The notes under the pieces: model-generated
What the model saw: only the letters and a program-made list of their open reading frames with translations
What the model was told of the DNA's origin: nothing
The model's database searches: none
In this document: positions 29,038 through 38,421 of the stretch, piece after piece
Numbering within the stretch: position 1 is the stretch's first letter
Layout: each line of letters opens with the position of its first letter
Program-made: the position numbers and the translations under genes
NCBI GenBank assembly: GCA_039806065.1
Contig: JBDKJS010000213.1
Location: 1-44,607 of the forward strand
Direction: 5' to 3'
Length of the DNA: 44,607 bases
From: Bacteroidota bacterium
GTDB lineage: Bacteria > Bacteroidota > Bacteroidia > AKYH767-A > 2013-40CM-41-45

Positions 29038-30507
29038 ATGAAAAAAGTATTCGCTAATGGTTGTCTGATCATCACCGCTATAGTGCTGCTTACCGCATGT
29101 GGTAAAGAAAAATCTTCAGTAACCGGTTGGAACTACAACGATCCCAAAAATGGTGGATTCGAAGTAGTACCCTATGATGAACAAGAAACAGGCCCTGGCC
29201 TTATCCTTATTGAAGGTGGTACTTTCACCATGGGACGCACAGAGCAAGAAATTGCCATGGAATGGGATAACATTCCCAAACGAGTTACCGTGTCTTCCTT
29301 CTATATGGACGAAACCGAAGTGGCCAACATTCACTACCTCGAATATCTTTATTGGATTAGCAGGGTATTCGGTGCCGATTATCCTGAAGTTTACAAAAAA
29401 GCACTGCCCGATACGCTTGTGTGGCGCGATAAAGTGGGCTATAACGAAGAATTGATTGAACTTTACCTCAGACACCCCGCTTATCAGCAATACCCAGTTG
29501 TGGGTGTAAATTGGCTACAAGCCAACGACTTTTGTAAGTGGAGAACAGACCGTGTAAACGAAGCCATCATGATTCGTGAAGGGATACTTCGCGTTAATCC
29601 CAACCAAATTAATGAAGATAACTTTAACTCTGAAGCTTACCTAGCGGGCCAGTATGAAGGCTTGGTAAAAAGTGATCTCGTAGACCTTAACCCCAGCTCA
29701 GGCTCCAATGGTACCCGAAAAGCTAGAATGGAAGACGGTATTCTGCTACCTCGCTATAGACTCCCCACTGAAGCCGAGTGGGAATATGCATCACTAGCCC
29801 AAATAGGAAACACCGTTTATGAACGTGTACTAGACCGTAAACAATATCCTTGGAATGGTCACATTGCCCGTAATAGCGATGATAAATACAAAGGGCAAAT
29901 GATGGCCAACTTCAAACGTGGACGTGGTGATATGATGGGAACAGCAGGCTACCTTAATGATAATGCTGATAGGCCAGCTCCTGTACACAGCTTCTGGCCC
30001 AATGACTTTGGCCTCTACTGTATGGCCGGCAATGTAAATGAATGGGTAATGGATGTTTACAGACCCCTTTCACCCGAAGATAAAAGCGATTTTAACCCCT
30101 TCCGTGGAAACGTGTTTCAAACCCAAGTACGCGATGAAGAGGGTGCCATAGCCGAAAAAGATTCCTTAGGCCGCATCACCTACCGCGATGTAACTCCTGA
30201 AGAAAATGTAGACCGCAGAAACTATGTTAATGCCGACAATATAGGCTACCTCGATCAAGATGCCAAAGACGAACTAACTACTGAAAGCGTGGTGTATGAT
30301 TTTGGAAAAGCCAGCCTCATTAACGATAAAGCACGTGTGTTCAAGGGTGGCTCCTGGCGCGATAGAGCCTATTGGATGAGCCCAGGCGCACGAAGATTTA
30401 CTGACGAATTGCAACGTACCGATGATTTAGGTTTCCGCTGTGCCATGATCAGGGTAGGAAGCCCAGTGGGTTTAGGAACCAAATCGAAAACAAAAATTAA
30501 AAGATAA
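29038..30507 (+). CDS. gldJ: Gliding motility lipoprotein GldJ (FGE-sulfatase domain)
   Basis: Lipobox LTA-C, GPGL..IEGGTFTMG, LPDTLVWR, YLRHPAY..YPVVGV, RLPTEAEWEYA, KGGSWRDRAYW. Lies near porU/porV and is not followed by gldLMN, favouring GldJ over GldK. Confidence 0.82.
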   Translation: MKKVFANGCLIITAIVLLTACGKEKSSVTGWNYNDPKNGGFEVVPYDEQETGPGLILIEGGTFTMGRTEQEIAMEWDNIPKRVTVSSFYMDETEVANIHYLEYLYWISRVFGADYPEVYKKALPDTLVWRDKVGYNEELIELYLRHPAYQQYPVVGVNWLQANDFCKWRTDRVNEAIMIREGILRVNPNQINEDNFNSEAYLAGQYEGLVKSDLVDLNPSSGSNGTRKARMEDGILLPRYRLPTEAEWEYASLAQIGNTVYERVLDRKQYPWNGHIARNSDDKYKGQMMANFKRGRGDMMGTAGYLNDNADRPAPVHSFWPNDFGLYCMAGNVNEWVMDVYRPLSPEDKSDFNPFRGNVFQTQVRDEEGAIAEKDSLGRITYRDVTPEENVDRRNYVNADNIGYLDQDAKDELTTESVVYDFGKASLINDKARVFKGGSWRDRAYWMSPGARRFTDELQRTDDLGFRCAMIRVGSPVGLGTKSKTKIKR

Positions 30508-30545
30508 TAAGTCTATGTGCTCATAATTTAAGCGTATAAATTACT

Positions 30546-30579
30546 AAGGCTGTCTCACCCCTGAGGCAGCTTTTTTTTT
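30546..30579 (+). terminator. Intrinsic terminator after gldJ
   Basis: GGCTGTCTCA-CCCC-TGAGGCAGCT stem followed by a run of T. Confidence 0.85.
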
Positions 30580-30706
30580 GGGCGGCATCACCACCACCGC
30601 CCTTCATCATCAGCAGTGCCGGGGTTCGCTCATAGTGCCACCAAAAAAAGTTTTTTGGCGGCAGCTAATCCGCTCACCCCGGGCCGCAGGGCCAGCTATT
30701 CACCGA
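30580..30706. repeat. GC-rich REP-like palindromic element (left)
   Basis: GGGCGG...CCGCCC hairpin, outer CCGGGGT/ACCCCGG arms (30619-30682), inner hairpin TAGTGCCACCAAAAAAA-G-TTTTTTGGCGGCAGCTA (30633-30667), CGCTCA repeated on both sides. Confidence 0.65.
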
Positions 30707-32179
30707 TTACAATTTCTGAAGCTTTCCTCTAAACTCCTTCCCGCTCCTTGTTTTAACTCTGTAAAGATAAACTCCACTGGGTTCACCACTCAAATTAATA
30801 TTTGGCTTGGTGCTGGTAACGGTAACCTCTCCAAACAAATTATAAACCGCTACACTGCTCACCGTTTCGTTTTGAATAAGAAAATTGAACCATGATGCCG
30901 AAGGGTTGGGGAAAACGGTAACGCTATTTGCTTCATTGCTTTGGTTAATGACTGCTACATTGTTTAAACCTAAACTATCGCATGCGCTGCCATCTATGGG
31001 CCCCAACTCATAGTTGGTGTGGTTGGGCATGCTAAAGGCATTGTACCAAGGCAATACCAAACCCTGCTGCACCACATTGCAGGCCATGCCTGCACTATCA
31101 GGGCTGTTGATGACATGCAGCACATTGGTGCCATTAAACGTGCTTACATAAATTTTATTATCAGGCGCTAACTGCATCATGAAAAAAGTTGTATTAAATC
31201 CCTGAACATTGCTGCCATCCCATTGGGCAACGGTATCACATGTGGAGGATACATTGGTAGCATAGGTATCATACTGCAAAATATTTAAATTGCTGCAACG
31301 GTATAAATACCTGCCATTGGGTGAAAAAGCTACACCAACATTGGCTAATGGTGTATCTGGAGCCAATATGCGTTCTTTAAAAATTAAATCGCCACTGCAA
31401 CGGTCAAAATCAAACAAATCATAGTAGGGGTATTGTTGCATCAGTACACATTGATCACCTTGTTTTGTAAAGACCAATTGCGAACCAATGGCATCTTGTG
31501 TAAACAAGGGTCCTTCAACCTGACTTGAAACACTGATGCCATAAGGTGTGAGCAGTGCTTTATAAAAAAGCGAATTGTAAAAACCATGTATCATCACCCA
31601 CCAATCTCTGCCATTGGCATGTTTCACTGCTGTGAGGCCACCATGGCTCAAGGTATCAGAAATAATCACTTCGTTTTTAATTGATGTAATCCCTCCTTTA
31701 CCGCTGTCTAAATTCATATCAATAACAGTGTGCATTAAATTTAGTGGTTGTAATTGATTCACATTATACATGGTAAAAAACTCCCCAGAAATATGAAATA
31801 TGTCATATAAATTACTACTAACTGGGTTTGGTAAAATTGATGCAGCTTGTTCCGTTTCTTGTCCATAAGGATAATTCCATGTTTGTAGGCCCCCCGGATT
31901 AAAATTATTACTATTCATCATGGGTTGGTGAAAACGATTGTATAACAGTTGACCATTGGTATAGAACAATAAATTGCCTGCTGTGTCGCAGATGCTGGCA
32001 TTGGTGAGGAAGAAACCGAGCGTAGATCTTAAAGTACTGGTATCAGGATTGCCGTTGTTAAAATCGAGCAATACCTGATAGTCGGGAAATGTACCTGCTA
32101 TTGGCCATTGCCTATCTCTTTTTTGAGCATTGTTTAATAATGAAATTAAACAAAAGATAACAATAAAAACTACTTTCAT
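30707..32179 (-). CDS. T9SS type A CTD protein, probable beta-propeller
   Basis: Signal peptide, ASICDTAGNLLFYTNG, KHANGRDWW, FDFDRCSG, FSPNGRYLY, QLAPDNKIY blades, CTD VFPNPS...YNLFGE...GVYLY. Confidence 0.85.
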   Translation of the reverse strand: MKVVFIVIFCLISLLNNAQKRDRQWPIAGTFPDYQVLLDFNNGNPDTSTLRSTLGFFLTNASICDTAGNLLFYTNGQLLYNRFHQPMMNSNNFNPGGLQTWNYPYGQETEQAASILPNPVSSNLYDIFHISGEFFTMYNVNQLQPLNLMHTVIDMNLDSGKGGITSIKNEVIISDTLSHGGLTAVKHANGRDWWVMIHGFYNSLFYKALLTPYGISVSSQVEGPLFTQDAIGSQLVFTKQGDQCVLMQQYPYYDLFDFDRCSGDLIFKERILAPDTPLANVGVAFSPNGRYLYRCSNLNILQYDTYATNVSSTCDTVAQWDGSNVQGFNTTFFMMQLAPDNKIYVSTFNGTNVLHVINSPDSAGMACNVVQQGLVLPWYNAFSMPNHTNYELGPIDGSACDSLGLNNVAVINQSNEANSVTVFPNPSASWFNFLIQNETVSSVAVYNLFGEVTVTSTKPNINLSGEPSGVYLYRVKTRSGKEFRGKLQKL

Positions 32180-32184
32180 AAGAA

Positions 32185-32217
32185 TAAAAAATGCACCCGC
32201 ATATAATATGCAGGTGC
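32185..32217 (-). terminator. Terminator-like hairpin between the two T9SS cargo genes
   Basis: Minus strand GCACCTGCATAT-T-ATATGCGGGTGC followed by ATTTTTT. Confidence 0.7.
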
Positions 32218-32226
32218 TATTAAAAA

Positions 32227-35200
32227 TTAGTGGATGATACTTATTTTTCCAATTGCCTTCACTACATCATTTGATTTAACAATATATAAATAGAGGCCAT
32301 TGCTCAAAGATTCTACATTAATCTTATTGTCAACAACTTTTTCTTGCACAACTATATTACCTAATTGATTTTTTATTTCAATCTGCAAAACTTCGCTGTT
32401 AAGATTTTGGATATTTAAAACTGTAGAGGCAGGATTAGGAAAAACTTTCAAACCTCCATCAAAATAGCTTGTAGAGTCGATTTTCCTTTTCCGCATAGCT
32501 ACATTGGCGCAAAACAACTGATCATCAAATATCAATTCCTGATTCTGCGAATAAACAATAGCACGCGCTTCGTAAACAGAAGGCCCTCCAATATAGGGAC
32601 ACATATTGGCAATGGCAAGATTTTCATCATACTCTTGTTGTGTGAGAATAGTTCTTTCTTCGCCCCACAAATTGAGCTTTGTTTCAGTAACTTTTTTCTC
32701 ATTGATTGCATAGATTTCTATAGGATTAACCTCAGCCAATTTCTCCTTAGCCTCATTGATACGCATCAAGCGAATTTCAGGGGTTATTGCACCACTGCTT
32801 TCATCGGTGATAAATGAAACTGCCACTTGAGTTTCGGCTAATTTCTCTTTATCACTATTCATCTGATCCTGATAAAAGTCATTCAAGATGGCACTGGTGA
32901 GCAATGTAGGATCTTCTTTTATTTTCTTCAATAACTCTTTCTCTTGCAACCACTGATAAAGTGCTTCGTCATTGGGTTGTGTGCTTAGCTGCTCACTAAA
33001 TTGCTCTAAGCCTTCCAGACTGGCCTCATCCCATGGGATATCATTTTCACATTCACGTGGGCAAGCAAATGGAACATATGCTGGCTGATTATTGGGCAGA
33101 AAAGCAGTTGCCAAACCAATAGCATTGTTTGTAAGCGGATTGTAGATTCCGTTATTGACCCAGAAAGCATTATTTGCTGCATAAGAATTTATACTCAAGA
33201 TAGCGGCTCCATAAAATGTTCCGTTGTTATCATAGCCGAGGTATTTGTTGCCGGGGGTGTTGTTTTGGTTGTTGAGCTGCTGCGGGCCCAGGGTGCCGCC
33301 ATAGAGGTTGCTGCCCACTTGCTCGCCCAGCACCAAACCATAGAAAGAGCCGCGAAACTGGTTGCCCAATATTTTGCTGCCAAGGCTGTTGCCTGTGAAC
33401 TGAATACCCTGCCGCGCATTCCAGTTGTTGTTGCACTGAAGGGTCATGTCAGTAGAATAGGCATTGGTGATGTTGGTAAAATTACCCAAAGACCAGGCTC
33501 CCTGGGTGATGTAATTTTGATTGCAACTTACTGTCATTTTTACATTGTTCTGCAATAGTATGCCTGCATATTTATGGGTGCTTTGGTGGTTAATATTTCG
33601 GGCATTTAAAATATTGTTTTGGTCAATGTTGCCATAGCCATTGTTAGATACATGTATGCCTGCATAGCCCCCGGTGGTGATGGCATTGGCGGTTATGCTA
33701 AGGTGATTGCCGGCATTGGCATGGTCCAGGTTTAAGATGCCAAACTCTTTCTGGTAGTTAGGGTTAACAGTAGTAATGCTGTTGTTCTTAATATTAATAC
33801 CCGAGTTAACGGAAGCATTCAGCGAAATACCGGAACCTACAAAATCCATCTGGTTATCAGTGATACTAATTGTTTTACCAATATTAAATGCTCCAGCTAT
33901 GGCATTGTCGCATAGGGAAAAAGAGGTGGAGGTTACATTAAAATCTCTGTTGTACTCTAAAATGCCACGGCTGCAATCGGTAAAGCTCACGGCATGTTTA
34001 GGCAAGGCACTGCCTATGTTTAGAAAATAGCTGCGCGATGGATTTCTGTCGCAATACACACCACCTGCATGTGAGGCCGGTGTAGCACCGCGATTGATGT
34101 TAGAGAAATCAGTACCGTAGAGACCAAGGTCGCTTTCTTTAATATCTATTCCAATAACAGCATCAGAGATGGTGTTGTGCGCTTCAAAAGTACCGTTCGA
34201 TAACTGGCGGGGTCTGATGAAAACATTGCGGCAGTTGTTAAAAGAAATTTGTTGGTCGCTTTGGGTCACCTGCCATGCATGGGGGGTGGCAGGGCAACTG
34301 AAAGTGTTATTACCACCAATAACGTATGCAAAAGCAGGTTGACGAGATACCAAAATATCATCCAAATTAAATATTTGAATTGATTTTTTATTGTTGTAAA
34401 ACATGCTGCCATAAATACCGAGTCTGCCCCCATCGGTGAGCACTAAACCATTGGTAGCATCTTGCAAGGTGATGTGGTATAAAATGGCATCGTTGCCTCG
34501 GCCTTTAAAATAGATACCATCCCACAGGCCATCGCAGCCCCTAAAAATATTGTTATTTTCAGAGGGAGTACGCAAGCCTGTACCATCGGTAAAAACCATT
34601 TTAGTGCCGGGAGACATGATAAAAGTATTCTCATCAAAATTAATTGAATTACCGGTGTAAGGTACATCAAAAATAATATCGCTGGTACAGTAATAGGTAG
34701 TGTTTGCAGCGAGAAAAGTACCAAGGTTTTGTGCATTGATGATATTGTTATTTCTATTGACCATGGTATAGCCTTGTCCCAAACAGCCACACGTATTGGT
34801 AGATTGAGGGGTAACATTGGCAACGGTGGTGCAACCTCTGTTATCTGTTATTAAAAAAGAGTATGGAGTAGCGTCCTCAAGATTCTTTACATTATTGCTA
34901 TTGAGCAGTATGTTACCGGGATTCATCACTACATTGTAAGTAGTATAATTGATCCCCGATGCAGCCATGGGTGTGCCTCCCGTGATGTGCAATGCTATTT
35001 CGGCATCATTGCCTTCCTGGCAACTGCTTTGTGTAACAGTAGTTTGGGCTGTGAGCGGGGCAATGGGGTGAAGCACTATATTGGTAATGGTGGAGCAATT
35101 AGCTGAAACAGCCAAAATAGGATATGTACCAGCATTAACTCCATTTAATCTGTAACCAAAGTTTGTAGAATTTAAAGTTGTTCCGTTATACCAATAAGTT

Positions 35201-37929
35201 GTGCCTATTGGGCTTATCTGTGATATGTTTATTTGCGCATTTGATGTTGAACATGCGCTAAGGTTAGAAGTAACTACTTGTGTCACTTCTTGATTTTGCT
35301 CGATAGTGAAAGACTGGTATGTGTGGCAAGTTCCATTTACTCCGTGCAGCGTGTAAGTACCTGCAGGAATATTACTGATAGAAATGCCTGTTGCACCGTT
35401 GTTCCAGCCATAGGCATAACCGGAAGCACCTGTTAAAGTAATACTACCAGTATTAGAGCCAAAGCAACCTGCATTTGTAATCGCGGGCGTAGTTGCCGGA
35501 GATGTTCCTGAATTGGATAAATTATGGGTTAAAATACTGGTGCAGTTATTAGCCCCGCTGCCGGTGAAATAGAGTTTGCTATAATAAACACCTGCCGATA
35601 AATCGCTGATGCTATTGCCTTGTGAATAAGGTTGAAGAAACAGATTACTGATAGTAGTTGTTGCAGGGGTAACTGTTATACTACCATTGGCACTTGCACA
35701 ACTGGGCTGTGTATATGCCGTTGTAGCTGCTGGCGATGTAGCTCCAAAATCTGCAGCTTCAACACGCTGTGTAATTTCCTGCTTGCATCCATTGTTCATT
35801 ATTTGAACAGTATATCTACCTTCTATATTGCCCGTTCCTCCACTACCATCCAAAATAATGCTGCTGCCTAATTGTCCATTGCTCCAGCGATAGTAGTGAT
35901 TGGCTGAGGTTGGTAAAGCAGGCACTACCTTGAGAGAAATAACATTGCCGCCTGCACAATTGAGTTCAATGGCGGCATGCACCGGGTCGTTGTGGGTGAT
36001 GGTTTGGGTAGTAGATTGATTGATGCCGCAAACTGCAGTGGTTGTAGTATATTTATAACCTCCACCACTGTTGATAGTAATTTCCGCTTGCTCGGCATCA
36101 CTAGCAGCCATTCTTTGGTAGCTACCAATAACTACTCCATTTCTATACCATGTTAATTGATTATTCAAAGGCAATGCCATCGAAACCAGGTTTGTTCTTT
36201 GTCCATCACAAAGTGCAGTGCTGCCTAACACTCCTACAGAGAGTGTATTAGAAACTACAATATTTTGAAGCGGTGTTTTGTAGGAACACCCCGTGCTGTA
36301 GATTAGTTCTAAAGTAGCAGTGTAATTTCCTACAGGCAAACTCACATTATTAAAAAGAATGCTTGAGGTATTTGAATTAGAACCATCATAGGCCTTTGAA
36401 GTCCCTGTTTGAACTGAGACAATAGAATTGCTGTTGTTCAAAATTTCTAAGCGATATTTAATTCCATTTTCCAATGGGCCTGAATAATTAATTCTAACAG
36501 TGCCACTACCACCGCTTGCACACACGGGCGTGTTGGTAGAGAACATCAAAGGCTCCTGATCGTTTTTGCTGAGGTGGGTATAGTTGAACCAACAAAAACC
36601 ACCTGCTTGAATATCATTGCGCACAGTGGGAGAGCTGGCTAATTCGGAAGCTTTGAGCCAATCATAAACTACTTTTTCAGCAGAATAAATATTGTTTCTG
36701 CTATTTTGAGAAAACCATTCACCAAAGTAATTATCATAGCCATTATTATACAAACGTTCTGCACTTACTAAAGGATGAAAATCGGTAAAACGGTTGGTTG
36801 TTCCTCTTCTATAGGCATCTGCGTTGCTCAATGCATGTTGTGGTGAAGAAGGATCTGTACCAAAGTTAACTTGTAGTATTCTATCAATATACTTAGGCCT
36901 AACAAGTGGGTACAGCCCACTAAGGGGTCCATCATTTTCTGCTGCCATCTGTTCTGCGTTCAACGGGCCTAATGTACTGCAAGCTGATTGAGGATCAGGC
37001 ACATTAGGGTCAGGCCCATATTGCAAATAAAGTTGAATTTTTAATTGATGAATATTTTGGTTGAGAGCATTGTACATCTCTTTAATTTGATAAACATGAT
37101 TTCTCAGATTACGATAAAAAGCATATCTGCGGTCAACAGGATTATTTAAAATCAAACTTGGGCATTCATCATATACGGAAGCCATTAATCCATTGCTGTT
37201 CCAATACTCCAATTCAATGTGCAGTAAATCGAATTTTTGAGCGCAACCATTGCCGCTCACACCAAAATTGGCCACTCTCAATTGGAATTTCACCAATTCA
37301 CTCATTACCTTGTCGGCATCAGAGATTGTGCTGAGCGTATTGTCCTGTTCGGCAATGGCAAGCCCTTGAGAATAGGCATTTGTGTTTTTTTGTTGTTGGG
37401 AGAATACAAAAGGTGCGGTTATACGCAATGGCGCACCACTTAGGCGGTCGAAAAATGCCTGACTTTCGCCTGCTGCTATTATTTCGGTAATGCAGTAGTT
37501 GTTTCTGGCTTTCTGCATAAAGCGGCAAAGGTGAGTTTCTAGGTCTTCCATCACACCTGTATTATAATTGTAAGCCAAAATTCCCCTGCCTATTATTTTG
37601 TGCAAATCATAAAGTATAATACTGGTGATATGCCTGTTGCGGCAAAACAACAATGCTTCGTCTTCTTTTTCAAAAATTCCATCTTCGTTTGCATCAACAC
37701 TGAGAATGGAATTGTTAGGATCAATAATGTAATTACCGCTATTGATAGTTTGTGTTTGAAATCCTAAAAAATCATTGATGTACAATCCGCGATGCGGATC
37801 TTTTTCAGGTAGTGGACTAACTTGGGCTAAGGCTGTAAATTCTGAAAATAGAGCAACTCCAAAGAGTACCCAAAATAGGATTTGCTTCTTTTTTTTTAGT
37901 GTGGTTAGGTTAGCAATTTTAGTTTTCAT
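32227..37929 (-). CDS. Giant 1900-aa multidomain T9SS-secreted protein (putative TIM-barrel, Ig/SprB-like repeats, beta-helix, CTD)
   Basis: Signal peptide ending ALA-Q, SprB-like units (CFGSNTGSITL..Y.YGWNNG...IPAGTY), Asn/Gly-rich parallel beta-helix-like region, CTD VFPNPAST...NQLG...NGLYLY. Confidence 0.85.
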   Translation of the reverse strand: MKTKIANLTTLKKKKQILFWVLFGVALFSEFTALAQVSPLPEKDPHRGLYINDFLGFQTQTINSGNYIIDPNNSILSVDANEDGIFEKEDEALLFCRNRHITSIILYDLHKIIGRGILAYNYNTGVMEDLETHLCRFMQKARNNYCITEIIAAGESQAFFDRLSGAPLRITAPFVFSQQQKNTNAYSQGLAIAEQDNTLSTISDADKVMSELVKFQLRVANFGVSGNGCAQKFDLLHIELEYWNSNGLMASVYDECPSLILNNPVDRRYAFYRNLRNHVYQIKEMYNALNQNIHQLKIQLYLQYGPDPNVPDPQSACSTLGPLNAEQMAAENDGPLSGLYPLVRPKYIDRILQVNFGTDPSSPQHALSNADAYRRGTTNRFTDFHPLVSAERLYNNGYDNYFGEWFSQNSRNNIYSAEKVVYDWLKASELASSPTVRNDIQAGGFCWFNYTHLSKNDQEPLMFSTNTPVCASGGSGTVRINYSGPLENGIKYRLEILNNSNSIVSVQTGTSKAYDGSNSNTSSILFNNVSLPVGNYTATLELIYSTGCSYKTPLQNIVVSNTLSVGVLGSTALCDGQRTNLVSMALPLNNQLTWYRNGVVIGSYQRMAASDAEQAEITINSGGGYKYTTTTAVCGINQSTTQTITHNDPVHAAIELNCAGGNVISLKVVPALPTSANHYYRWSNGQLGSSIILDGSGGTGNIEGRYTVQIMNNGCKQEITQRVEAADFGATSPAATTAYTQPSCASANGSITVTPATTTISNLFLQPYSQGNSISDLSAGVYYSKLYFTGSGANNCTSILTHNLSNSGTSPATTPAITNAGCFGSNTGSITLTGASGYAYGWNNGATGISISNIPAGTYTLHGVNGTCHTYQSFTIEQNQEVTQVVTSNLSACSTSNAQINISQISPIGTTYWYNGTTLNSTNFGYRLNGVNAGTYPILAVSANCSTITNIVLHPIAPLTAQTTVTQSSCQEGNDAEIALHITGGTPMAASGINYTTYNVVMNPGNILLNSNNVKNLEDATPYSFLITDNRGCTTVANVTPQSTNTCGCLGQGYTMVNRNNNIINAQNLGTFLAANTTYYCTSDIIFDVPYTGNSINFDENTFIMSPGTKMVFTDGTGLRTPSENNNIFRGCDGLWDGIYFKGRGNDAILYHITLQDATNGLVLTDGGRLGIYGSMFYNNKKSIQIFNLDDILVSRQPAFAYVIGGNNTFSCPATPHAWQVTQSDQQISFNNCRNVFIRPRQLSNGTFEAHNTISDAVIGIDIKESDLGLYGTDFSNINRGATPASHAGGVYCDRNPSRSYFLNIGSALPKHAVSFTDCSRGILEYNRDFNVTSTSFSLCDNAIAGAFNIGKTISITDNQMDFVGSGISLNASVNSGINIKNNSITTVNPNYQKEFGILNLDHANAGNHLSITANAITTGGYAGIHVSNNGYGNIDQNNILNARNINHQSTHKYAGILLQNNVKMTVSCNQNYITQGAWSLGNFTNITNAYSTDMTLQCNNNWNARQGIQFTGNSLGSKILGNQFRGSFYGLVLGEQVGSNLYGGTLGPQQLNNQNNTPGNKYLGYDNNGTFYGAAILSINSYAANNAFWVNNGIYNPLTNNAIGLATAFLPNNQPAYVPFACPRECENDIPWDEASLEGLEQFSEQLSTQPNDEALYQWLQEKELLKKIKEDPTLLTSAILNDFYQDQMNSDKEKLAETQVAVSFITDESSGAITPEIRLMRINEAKEKLAEVNPIEIYAINEKKVTETKLNLWGEERTILTQQEYDENLAIANMCPYIGGPSVYEARAIVYSQNQELIFDDQLFCANVAMRKRKIDSTSYFDGGLKVFPNPASTVLNIQNLNSEVLQIEIKNQLGNIVVQEKVVDNKINVESLSNGLYLYIVKSNDVVKAIGKISIIH

Positions 37930-38250
37930 AACACCATATTTTATTGTTTGTAAAAATGATTATATACTACCACCTATGTAGCATATTTTAATTACAATAA
38001 TAGAATAAACAGATCTTAAAAGGTGAGCTCTGTTAAATATTCTTTTGGTGGAAGAAATTCTTTTTGTAATGGTTAATTACCATGTAAATTTAAAAACAAT
38101 CAATAAGAAAACAAAAAAATAATTTACACTGCATATTTTATCTTCAAAGTTTTGTAAACAAAAAGACAAACTACCATTTAGTAATAAAAAAGTAAATTGA
38201 ATTAAGTTAACCTTTAGTCCAATAATTAAAGCATGGTAGCTTGCAGTGTT

Positions 38251-38326
38251 GGCCCGCCCCCGATAGAGGCAGGTAGCTGCTGCCCGCAGGGCAGCACTAC
38301 GGCCGATAGCGGGATCAGGCGCCTGA
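38251..38326. repeat. GC-rich REP-like palindromic element (right)
   Basis: Inner hairpin GTAGCTGCTGCCC-GCA-GGGCAGCACTAC (38273-38300), CCGATAG on both sides, CCCGC/GCGGG outer arms, palindrome TCAGGCGCCTGA (38315-38326). Confidence 0.65.
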
Positions 38327-38421
38327 ATAACTTTACGGTTGGGTGGTGGATGCTAAAAATGAACTGAGAGTATGGGTCAGAGAAAAAGGGTTAAAGGAGA
38401 AGGCGGGTAGTAGTGATCAAA

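Noticed and set aside
29038-30507. Assignment as GldK/PorK or a formylglycine-generating enzyme
   Set aside because: No gldLMN downstream, it is a lipoprotein next to porU/porV, and the motif pattern fits GldJ better.
30578-30895. 105-aa ORF after gldJ
   Set aside because: It starts in the terminator T tract, runs through the palindromic element and is antisense to the T9SS gene.
33235-33470. AAC-rich tract as a diversity-generating retroelement template
   Set aside because: No reverse transcriptase and no second near-identical copy differing at adenines were seen in the window. Asn richness fits a beta-helix.
37930-38230. AT-rich spacer as oriC or a small gene
   Set aside because: No TTATCCACA-like DnaA box cluster was seen and only very short frames exist. 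It is more simply the promoter region of the giant gene.
30580-38326. Hairpin elements as CRISPR repeats, tRNAs or classical IS ends
   Set aside because: No repeat-spacer periodicity, no cloverleaf, and no transposase or target-site duplication was identified.
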